A DNA stretch of 63,984 nt, filler included, from Octopus bimaculoides (Eukaryota): NCBI RefSeq assembly GCF_001194135.2. It is 5 parts of 5 records of this genome, joined end to end, with 100 filler letters (N's around TTAATTAATTAA, not from the genome) between each part and the next. Parts side by side here need not be neighbours in the genome. Positions count along the whole stretch, not along the records: positions 45,970 to 61,785 come from NC_068990.1; positions 61,886 to 63,984 come from NC_068996.1; 3 more parts are not named here. One strand, 5' to 3'. A program made the translations under genes and the position numbers. Below the pieces are notes generated by a model. It was not told where the DNA came from, searched no databases, and was given only the letters and a program-made list of their open reading frames with translations. This document shows, one piece after another, positions 53,180 through 63,984 of the stretch (the first letter of the stretch is position 1; each line of letters begins with the position of its first letter).

Positions 53180-53779
53180 TTAGTTATATTTCTACTGCTT
53201 TTAAATAAAGCATATTACTCTGCCTCTGGTATTTGAGTACTCTTTTTCCACCTTGTTGCACATTTTATGTGCTTACTCCGGTATTTATTTTTCCCTCTTT
53301 CTCCGTTCTTCCATTCTACGAACTTTCCATCTTTCCGACGAAGGGCTACGCCTGAAACGTCACACACTCTCTCTTTCCTTTCCCGAGCGTCCAATAACAC
53401 TATCCGTATCACGTCCTCACTTTGTTGTTTTTTTTGTTATTGTTTTTTTAACTTATATATATANNNNNNNNNNNNNNNNNNNNNNNNNNNNNNNNNNNNN
53501 NNNNNNNNNNNNNNNNNNNNNNNNNNNNNNNNNNNATATATATTTCTTCTGTGAACCAAGTCCAGCTTGCGTTCATTATGTTATTTATGAATTTGTGCCT
53601 GATTCTTTCTGTTTGCTGGCGCGGCCATGTGATTCGGGACCTCGCGTTTACAAAGACGTGTTTTATATCTCAGACATACTGCGCATCAGCATGGAACATT
53701 CTTTTACTCAATCGCTGGATAGACCAAAGCTTCGTCAGGGAATTTAGTAGACGAGAACTGTGCGAAAATCCGTCGCATT

Positions 53780-53813
<34 letters not shown>

Positions 53814-55363
53814 TGTATGTATGTATGAATGTGTATGTGTGTATATATCTATGTATATATCTATGCATGCATGTATGTATGTGTGTGAATGCGTATTTAT
53901 GTATATAAGTGCGTGTATATATATATATANNNNNNNNNNNNNNNNNNNNNNNNNNNNNNNNNNNNNNNNNNNNNNNNNNNNNNNNNNNNNNNNNNNNNNN
54001 NNNNNNNNNNNNNNNNNNNNNNNNNNNNNNNNNNNNNNNNNNNNNNNNNNNNNNNNNNNNNNNNNNNNNNNNNNNNNNNNNNNNNNNNNNNNNNNNNNNN
54101 NNNNNNNNNNNNNNNNNNNNNNNNNNNNNNNNNNNNNNNNNNNNNNNNNNNNNNNNNNNNNNNNNNNNNNNNNNNNNNNNNNNNNNNNNNNNNNNNNNNN
54201 NNNNNNNNNNNNNNNNNNNNNNNNNNNNNNNNNNNNNNNNNNNNNNNNNNNNNNNNNNNNNNNNNNNNNNNNNNNNNNNNNNNNNNNNNNNNNNNNNNNN
54301 NNNNNNNNNNNNNNNNNNNNNNNNNNNNNNNNNNNNNNNNNNNNNNNNNNNNNNNNNNTATATACATATATATAAATAAATATACATCTATGTGTGTGTG
54401 TATGTGTCGTATGTATATAAAACAAAATAAAAAAATGGATGCTAAAAGTTATGAATATATTTAGACATTCTCAGATAAGTGGCATCAAATCTTCGAGAAA
54501 ATTTTTTGATCCTTCAGATTTAAATGTATTTTATATTATTTGTATTATTCCCCTCTCTCTCTCTTCTCGCTCCCTGTTTAAGCATGCGTAGATACATAGA
54601 GTCTTTGTCTGTATGTGTATATGTGTATTTTGTACTCTATTATATTTTATTACATTTACTATTCAAACAGTATTTATATGCATAAACATTTGTATATAGA
54701 AAACTGTTTGTTGAAATAATTATTCGTAGAAAATTACATTCCTCTACAAATGTATTTATAAATATATAAATATTGTTACGTATTTATTGATATTCATAGG
54801 ATTGTGACACCCATACCTCATCCAGACACACTTGAATATACACAAACATATACACTCAGGCAACAACACATACACACACATATATGTACACAACCACGCA
54901 TGCATAGACACATACATGTATATATATATATTTATATATATATACATACATATATATATATATGTGCATATATATATATATATATATANNNNNNNNNNNN
55001 NNNNNNNNNNNNNNNNNNNNNNNNNNNNNNNNNNNNNNNNNNNNNNNNNNNNNNNNNNNNNNNNNNNNNNNNNNNNNNNNNNNNNNNNNNNNNNNNNNNN
55101 NNNNNNNNNNNNNNNNNNNNNNNNNNNNNNNNNNNNNNNNNNNNNNNNNNNNNNNNNNNNNNNNNNNNNNNNNNNNNNNNNNNNNNNNNNNNNNNNNNNN
55201 NNNNNNNNNNNNNNNNNNNNNNNNNNNNNNNNNNNNNNNNNNNNNNNNNNNNNNNNNNNNNNNNNNNNNNNNNNNNNNNNNNNNNNNNNNNNNNNNNNNN
55301 NNNNNNNNNNNNNNNNNNNNNNNNNNNNTCTATACATACATATTCAATAATTATGCGTGTGTG

Positions 55364-55407
<44 letters not shown>

Positions 55408-55840
55408 CTCACATTTTGTGATTATGTATGCGTCATTCTTTCCATACGATATCATAGATTGTTTTGGAATGAATTATAAACTAGTGTATCTCACTATTAA
55501 CATCTGTTTTGTCCTCGAGGAGAAATAAACAAATCACAACTTTTCTTCTATGTTATTGTTTCCATTTATGTACATTGGAAGTTTCTACACGAAGAAAACA
55601 AAATAATTGAAATATAATCTTAGAAAACTTTGAAAACATAGAAATATTTTCAATGATATTACAAAGAATCTTTCAATATTCTTTTACTGAATATTTGGAA
55701 ATATATTTTATCGTATCTTATAAATATTTGGAAATATTTTATGAAGTTTAGGGATTTTGTTAAAAGGAATTTTTGTCATATATTTTTTTTCATTTACTAT
55801 ATTTTCTAAATTTTCTTAAGTGCTTGCTTACTTTTTCCAG

Positions 55841-55881
55841 GGTGAGATATATACGGAAGCTTAGCAATATGTATCGTCGCT
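55841..55881 (+). CDS. Candidate 41-nt exon (VRYIRKLSNMYRR), or a 5' exon with ATG
   Basis: Acceptor tgcttactttttccag and donor gtgagt are both near consensus. Only one frame is open. Confidence 0.3.
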
Positions 55882-58049
55882 GTGAGTGTATACTTTGTAC
55901 AGTTGAAAACAATTCTCTTTAGCTCTTTAGATATTCATGACCACTGGGAGTTTCGCTGATAAAATATGCCCATATTCTGTATGAAGTCAGCTCTCATAAA
56001 AATCTATAAACAGGGAGCGGTAAAATATCAATTTCACTGTTCTTGATAAAATATTTTAACAGCAAACGCACGATGTGCAGCAGTAACAGTGAAATAACTG
56101 GATGAATAATTAGCTATATGAATGCATAATTACCATTTGTCTAGCGTCACTAGCGCTACATCAATGTACCCCCTGTATAATGGAGTATCTGGTTAATAAT
56201 ATCGAGGGTATAGTTATGCAAGATATAATTCAACATCACATGTTACCGTCACTGGCGAACGGAACATACGTGCAGGAAGGTTTCCCCTTGCAACCATATC
56301 TCAAAGAAGCTTGGTTTATTGAAGCAACTCTGTGAATATTGACACTTACCTTGACAAAAACATGTCTCTCTATCTGTATAACACATCGAGGCAATGAATT
56401 TCTCTGAGTTGTTCATTGTCCTTGACTGAAAATTCCCGTAAATCTTTCTTTGTTAGATTGCGTTGATGCCTAGACCCTCACAAATCAAAACGATGCATAT
56501 AGCTCGGACTCATCCTTTGGTTTTTGAAATTTAGAAAATATCTTCCCATGGGTCGCTTACCTGTATTCCATGGCGTATAAGTGACCGGAATCACAACATT
56601 CCCAGAGAACGGAACGCCGGCCCTTCACAGGATTCATAACCAAAGATTTTCAGGCGAGGAGACAAATCGATTACTCTGACTCAAATAATTGACCTGTTCT
56701 TTATTTTAACGGTGTATAAAAGCAATGTTGAACTTAACTGGATTTGAACGTAAATATCCGGACGAAATACAACTTATCATTTTGTTCAACATGTTTATGA
56801 TTCTGCTAGCTCGCCTTTTTCTCCATTTGGTACCAATGCAAATTTCATGTGAATAAGAACTTGCCTAACGATATTTGTGCTGAGGAAAGGAAACAAAAAC
56901 GCAACGCAAACAAGAAAACCTAATGAGTTTTTAATCTCACAAAGTCATTAAAATTCAATTTGTATCTGTCGTTTTGGGTGAGTGCTGTTTGTATATAAAA
57001 CGGATTATGTCAACATTTGCTTCAGCGACCCTAACTCTATTCCACAGAAAGCCAAGCATTGACGCTCTGTTGATTGCATTGCTCCACGGCAAGAGAAAAG
57101 TGAACCACTAATAACGCTTGCTCGCGTTGATAAATTAATTACCATTCACATAATCCGGGTTTCAAATCTTGAAACAAGGATAGATATTTCGAGGGGATGA
57201 GGTCAAGTGGATTGCATCAACCGCGAGTGTTCATTTAGTATTTATTTTATAGAACCTGAAAGGGTAACAGGCAAAGTCGATGTCAGTGGAACTTGAGCAC
57301 AGAACTTGAAATGTCTCTAAGCATTCTGCCCAAGCGTGCTAACGTTTCTTATTTCTTTATTTCCGAGAAGGGGTTACACACAGAGGGGACAAACAAGGAC
57401 AGACAAAAAATTAAATCGATTACATCGACCTCCAGCGGGTAACTGGTACTTAATTCATCGACCCGAAAGGATGAAAGGCAAAGTCGACCTCCGCGAAATT
57501 TGAACTCAGAACGTAGCGGCAGACGAAATACCGTAAAGCATTTTCGCCCGGCGTGCTAACAATTCTACCAGCTCGCCGACTTAGACCAGTCGCATAATAT
57601 TTTTCATCTAAATTACTTGATGCATATATAAATATATTTTGGCCTTTCTCTGATATTAAGTCTTATTATTCATATTATCACAAGGGCGGCGTTCGGGCAG
57701 AATCGTTAAAACAACAAGTGCCATGCCTAGGTATATTTCTTCCGGCTCTTTGGATTTATGTTCAAATCCCGCCATGATCTACTTTCCTGTTCATCCTTTC
57801 GCATTCGATAAAATAAAGTACCAGTCATGTCTAGGGTCGGTGTAATTAACTAGCAACTCCACCAAAATTTCAGATAATGTGCCTACAGTAGAAATGATTA
57901 TTATAACATCGTTATTCTCTGAATCTCCAGATTATCAATGTTTTATGTGAGATATCACTGAAATATCTGCTAGATATCAACTTCTCTGAATAACTACAAT
58001 GATGCGGTGGGTTTGCTACGAAGGTGTCTATTTTAACATACTTTTCTAC

Positions 58050-59350
58050 GTTTAGTTTTTTATGTTTGTTTCTGTAATTTACTATTATTCTTTTTCATGT
58101 GAGTGTTTTATTAGGAGATCTTTTTAATATCTGCCTGATAGAAGTGGTCCTTAGTTGAGAATATATCTACGATATAAGCATTTACAGTTATTGCTGTCTT
58201 ATTAATTTAATCCTCTCTTGTACGTGTTAGAGAGCACATGTTTCTTTTCCAACCTTGAGATAAGCTTTGAGAATTGTTTTCTAAACATTTTTGAGCACCA
58301 TATACTAACATATCTATTGCCGTCAATCATATTTAGAGGAGGTGCATTCTCCCATAAATTTTCATAGATTTTCCTTTAGCGTTCAAGTCTTCGTGAGCAT
58401 GTTAACTATCAATATACATCATTATTTTGATTCCTGCTGTTTTATCGGTTGGAAATAATTTCACACTAGTCTGACAGTCATAAGCATGCATTAACAAATG
58501 TCCTCTCTGCTGATTTAAATCGACAGAAAAGATTGTTCTCATCTAACTCCAAAGTACTTTCTGGTGGTGTCTCTCACTGAGGGGACACAGCCATAGCAAA
58601 ATACCGGTGTCTAATAGTCCATTAACGTAACTGGAGAGAATGTGTTACTTATTATCTATAAGGAGAAGACGTTTTCCGAAGACGAAGCCCAGCGGTGAAA
58701 AGCAAGTTACACATTGAAGTTTGCTGCAACATGTAGAGAATTTAATATAAGCATCATTTTGTTTCCGTTTCTAGATTTGACTTCCCATTGTGTTAATATG
58801 ATGAGATTTAAAATGCAGATGTGTATAAGGACATGTGGAAGGTTTTTGTAACGCTTTGCTGTTGCTGTCGATTCCTGAGCAGTCTGTAATCATCTCGTTC
58901 CAGCTGGGATGTAAAAGAATCAAGGAATTCGAAGTGCTCATTATCTTAGCGAAATAATATGGTATCGGAGTCCTTTTTTGCCAGAACACATTGATGACCC
59001 AGCAACGAAGAACCAGCAGCGAAAATTTCGTGCAAGTCAGCAATGATCTGCGTATCATTGAATCATTGGTTTGGTACAAGAGTATTAGGGTCTCCAGCAA
59101 TCTTGGCGTAGCAATGGATAATACCATGTTGAAGTGACGGTAACTGTGGCCATTCTCACCCAGAAGTGAGCTATGAAAAAGCTTTCTTAGACAAACTCAG
59201 GCAGACTTGTAGAATACTGAGACTAATACAGATATGTATTATCACCTGACACTCTGAATATGTAACGAGCAGTGTTAAACCAATTTGTCACATCTCCTCT
59301 CGTACTGTGAGAGATTCTGCTTCTACTTGTTAAAAGGGTTCTGCTGTCGC
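58050..59350 (-). mobile_element. Heavily decayed Penelope-like RT remnant
   Basis: Minus-strand fragments FAMAVSPQ (GVAMGSPL-like) and HVLSNTYKRGLN (PxxYKxGLI thumb-like) occur in the expected order, with many stops. Confidence 0.45.
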
Positions 59351-59644
59351 CATGACTTATGAAGATCGATGTAGCGTAAATGATAATATGGTGCGAAGGT
59401 GTTACAGCATGTAATTTTAGGTTTGTAAGGATGCCTAGCAGACTGAAAAATCATCATTATTGTTTTTTGTAACTTTTAAGCTTCGATTTCCTAATCTGCG
59501 GATCCAATCCCACGCTATTGACATTTGGTCTTATCTGATATTCTTGTTCTTTAGGAGTCATGTTCAAAATGTGGCACATATGCGATCATGTCCTGTCCTC
59601 CCACAGTTATCTGGGGGGGGGGGTTCTGTAGCAGTTCCACTTCT

Positions 59645-59815
59645 TGATATTTAATGACTCTTTCTTCCAACAAGTTCGTCAAGATTGACATCCATATCAT
59701 TCTGTTCCCACCTCTGCTTCATTTCCCTTCAATTTTCCTAGCCATCGCTAAATTCTCCACGCTCTCTTTCCTTTTCACATGAGCAAGAAATCTAAGTTGC
59801 TTGACCCATATCTCA
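59645..59815 (-). mobile_element. RTE-clade LINE 3' fragment
   Basis: KQLRFLAHVKRKESVENLAMARKIEGK*SRG resembles the RTE C-terminal LRFLGHVMRK...GKIEGKRSRGR motif. Confidence 0.6.
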
Positions 59816-61744
59816 CGAAGTAGTTTCCTATTTACCGCAGACCGGGTCCCCACATTTGATTAGACATGAAAAATATTATTTTCATAGTATGGGGGCTATT
59901 CTATAGAGCCTGTTGAAGTTAATGGTAAGGTTAAGTATTTTTTCATTCATTCCTCGTGAGTCCTAGAATTTTGATGACCAGTGATGCTCTTCCGTCTCCA
60001 TACTCCACATTATCCTGGCATCAGGAGCCAGGCACTTTACCTCCTTAGCGTATTTGGGATTTTTCTTGTCCTGGAGACCGTTGTCCTGCTTGATGTTACT
60101 GAAGATGGTCGTGTCCCAAAGGATTGTGGCATTTTTCCGTGAATGTCCTTCATTGCTGATCATATTTCTCTGTCACCTTCATTATGAAACTCCAACATAT
60201 TTTCCACTAACGATTTTTTATAATTGTGTTCGATGGCTTCATAATATTTTCTGGAGATGCAGTCATGCAGATCTCCTCCAGCCTTAATGATTCAATGGTG
60301 ATAGGATCTAATTGAAGGACTGATACAATGCGCCCGTTATTCGTTCCCATCATCTCTGCTTTCTGTCCGATGCTCTTATTTTAAATTTTGTGTATTGACA
60401 AAACCACACACTAATGTTCTGTGAAATTTGGCGTAGTTCCATGTTTAGTTCCCGCTTTGTATATGCTGTTGCATTGGCAGAAACAACTAGAACACATGTA
60501 ACTGGCACCGCGTCGGTTACAACGATGAGTGTTTCAGCTGATTCCATCAAGAGAACAATCTGTACGTGAAATTAACGTGTAAGTAGCTGAGTACTCCACA
60601 GACACGCGTACCCTTAACGTAGTTTTCATTGAGATTTAGCGTGGCACAGAATGTGACAAGATTGGTATTTTGAGTTTTACGTACAACTCCTTTTTGCCAG
60701 CTAAGTGGACTGGAATAAAGTGGAATAAAGTGTCTTGCTCAAGGACACAGCACACAGCTGGGTATCGACCTCAGGAGCTTACAGTTATTAGCCTAATACC
60801 CTAACCATTAAACTATGAACATTCAACTAAGATAAATATGGCAAGGTATTTTCTGTAACATTCTAACGATTCTGCATGTTCGCCGCTCAGTGAATTCGGT
60901 CTATCAAAGTTGCCTACATTGGTTGTTACTTAAAGGGTTTCGAAAGAAAACCGAAAAACCCACGGACGTATTGGTCGGCAAGTTACATAGTTAATCTCAG
61001 TTAATCACTGTTTTTCAACTCTTTACATTGAACATGTAATACTCTCACAGTTGATTAAGTATAACCACTCTGATTTCTATCTACAACCAAACTGCGTTTG
61101 CATTGACATATGTGCATGCACATGCATGTGCATGCACATGCATGTGCATGCACATGCATGTGCATATGATGGTTTATGTGCGTTTCTGTTTATATGTATA
61201 TATACGAGGGTGCGCGATTGTTTACTTCCAAGAATTAAAGTTGTTCTTTTCATCGGGGGGGGGGGTAGAAAAACGCATACAAAATACATTCATTACATTT
61301 GTGAATCGTAATATTTTTGAAAACAAATTTCTATATCTACTCTTTTCGTTTGTACTGGAAAATATATTCTTAATATTTCCTATTTTGTATTTATCTTGTA
61401 ACATTTTCTTCACACAAGAATAACAGTATCTAAACAAGGAAAAAACAATGCACAAAAACATAAACCACAACGGAAAACAACAACAACAACAACAACAACA
61501 GCTAATAGTAATATCAATAGAGAAAAAGAAAAATAAGATTGTAATATTTGTAAATATATGTAAATAATTTTGTTTATTTGTGAAACGTAAATTAAAAAGA
61601 AAATGAAATGAATGTGTAATTCTCGAACGAATAACTTTGATATTTTTGTTATAGTTAGCGGAATTTTTTCCGTTTTTTCGTTTCATTTCCTTCTTTGACT
61701 TGAGTCACTGGCTGACATCCTAACTTAGTTGAGTCATATCTCCA

Positions 61745-61785
<41 letters not shown>

Positions 61786-61934
61786 NNNNNNNNNNNNNNN
61801 NNNNNNNNNNNNNNNNNNNNNNNNNNNNNTTAATTAATTAANNNNNNNNNNNNNNNNNNNNNNNNNNNNNNNNNNNNNNNNNNNNTCTCTCTCTCTCTCT
61901 ATCTCTCTTTCTCTCTCTCTCTCTCTCATTCCCT

Positions 61935-62200
61935 GTACATTGGTCAAACTGGCCGACGTTCAGCCGCCCAGTTTGCCGAACATCTCCGGTACATCAGACT
62001 CATCAACGACATCCCGGTCTTGCATCTCTTCCGCCCGATCGGTTACTCACTACAACATATGTCTGTGTTCAGACTTGGTCTTGCCCACAGACCACCCGGG
62101 GCCCCGCCTCCGTCGAAATCAGGAAATTATTTTTTCTCTTCATACCTCGGTTCTTCATGGTCTTAATTCATCACCTCACTTCATCTAAGACCATCTCCAC
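61935..62200 (+). mobile_element. Penelope-like GIY-YIG endonuclease C-terminal fragment
   Basis: Frameshifted GQTGRRSAAQFAEHLRYIRLINDIPV...PRLRRNQEIIFSLHTSVLHGLN matches the GxTGR...RFxEH...EQxxIFxLxTxxPxGLN pattern. Confidence 0.75.
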
Positions 62201-62299
62201 AAACATTTACACACATCAAATTCCTCTCACTATCCACTGCCACTCCTTTTCCACCCTCACACGCCTTCTCTACACTATAATACTCACACCATTATGCTA

Positions 62300-63165
62300 C
62301 TATAACACATACACACACACACACACATGCATACACACTTCTTCCCACTTCCTAGACATCAAACCCTAACACCTCCCAACCCCTACCTCCCATCATCTCT
62401 ATTCCGCCTCGCACCTCCATCCAGGTCGACCCACATGCATCTCCCATACCACACACACATTCGTCAGATCGCCTTACACACACATACAAGCGCCTTTACA
62501 CACATATACATATGTACAATGCAGAATATTACACACGTATCAACTCCATACACACACAAGGTATCAAACAGCCCCATATACATACACTAACTGATAACAA
62601 GAACACGTACACACGCTCGCATACATACACATAAACATACACAAATTTCACGCATAAACAAACATAATACACACACACACACACAACATTGGTACACTCA
62701 TACTTTATGCACAAGCACACACACGCATACACACATCTGAAAAGTGACACAAGAGCACATGCGCACGCACACACTACACGCACAACGTATACACATGCAC
62801 AACGTATACACACGCACAACGTATACACACGCACACATTAGCTGCTGCACACATACGTTTGTACACACGTGCACACGCGTGTACACACCCAATAGTCGCA
62901 CACATACATATGTTAGACAACTTCACACACTCTCACACATGTACACACACCCACACATGTGCACACATTAATACACAGAGCACACAAACCCACATCGCTC
63001 TACACACGCGCACGTACTTGTTTACTCCCACACATACACTCACACGCAAACTCCAATACATACACGCTCTTATAATCTTCATACTCACACACATGCTCGC
63101 CTACACATACATACACGCGCTCACCCATACACATATACACATACACGTTTGCGCGCACACACTTA
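62300..63165. repeat. Degenerate CA-rich tract
   Basis: Directly visible. Includes a short 18-bp repeat (cacgcacaacgtatacac) at ~62777-62830. Confidence 0.9.
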
Positions 63166-63400
63166 AGCCGGATTACTATTGTTTCCCATTACCACCAACC
63201 AATTCCTTCCTGTTAATCTTAACACGTTTTTTTTTTTGTATTTTTGCTCTCGGTTTTTTTCCTTTGTCCATTGTTTTTGTTTTTTCATTCCTTTCGGTGG
63301 AGAAGCGTAGGTTCGAAACGTCGAAGACTCTTCCATTTTACTTGGGCGTCAAATTAATATAGATTGTTGTTCTCTCACCTGTCTCTATTTTCTCTAATAT
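63165..63400 (+). mobile_element. Penelope-type terminal repeat fragment
   Basis: Decayed hammerhead-like motif cttt-cggtgga-gaagcgtaggttc-GAAA-CG-TC-gaag at 63291-63326. Confidence 0.5.
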
Positions 63401-63984
63401 CCACCACATTTCTCGGCCTTCCCTTCATTCTCATCACTTTCCCTCCTCCTTTACTTCACTCTGCCCCTTTCTTTTCTTTATCTCCTCTACTTCCAGGTGA
63501 CCGGTGTTCCGCCATGTCTGATCTTTCTTTCTTGGTTCGACTACGAACCGTGTAGCATCTCTTATATTCCTTCCCATGACTTTCATCTCTTATGTTCCTG
63601 CCGTGAGGATTCACATCCACACACGCCAGCTTAATTTAATTCGTTCTTAGTCAAAAGACACCTGTTGTTAATGTCCTGTTGTTTGTATTTGTAATTGTCT
63701 ACCATTTCTCCGCTTTTTTTTTTCATCCCTGTTTTCGTATACATTCGCTTGCTTTCTTCCAAAGAATCTAGTGCTCTTAGCTTAGATTTTCTTGGGGCCG
63801 GCCAGATTGGAGCAGTCTCGAGTGTAACCGGCCAAAACTGCAACTACGATCTGGAACTCGACTGAAGATAGAAGCTCCGAATGACCCATCCTTGTTTTTT
63901 CCTCTCCCTTTTTGTATCGTCTAACTGTCCGGATGTTTTGTTGTCGCCTGTTACGTTCTTGTTCCATTTTTTGTTTTTGTTTAT

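Larger units (their letters stand above)
53043..53460. mobile_element. Penelope-type terminal repeat: 168-bp hairpin plus tail
   Basis: Inverted arms at 53043-53122 and 53130-53210. Hammerhead-like motifs at 53073-53116, 53136-53179 and 53335-53361. Confidence 0.7.

Noticed and set aside
59900-60540. NATILWDTTIF on minus, reminiscent of the R4/Dong endonuclease region
   Set aside because: Match is too short and the neighbouring frames do not extend it.

Overview
AT-rich, repeat-saturated eukaryotic DNA from a gapped short-read scaffold. The SINE families, CAT-tailed RTE-type repeats and TA/CA/GATA microsatellite load point to an octopus genome (inferred from memory of these repeats, not from a search). 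No intact gene or transposon ORF can be supported, and almost every ORF in the supplied track is a microsatellite or N-gap artefact. Supportable content: decayed Penelope-like elements (RT and GIY-YIG remnants, terminal repeats), L1/Tx1, RTE, CR1-group and CRE/Hero-type LINE fragments, a dead mariner, piggyBac-, hAT- and TA-type MITEs, five SINE families, a 46-bp minisatellite and a duplicated/inverted block at 23.5-26.9 kb. A weak chain of splice-flanked plus-strand candidate exons of an unidentified gene lies in the first 21 kb. The most interesting signal is a 168-bp hairpin (53043-53210) carrying a type I hammerhead-ribozyme motif on each strand, both with a CCGANGA core variant, plus several decayed hammerhead-like motifs at other Penelope-type termini. 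I do not see a convincing new multi-gene system.
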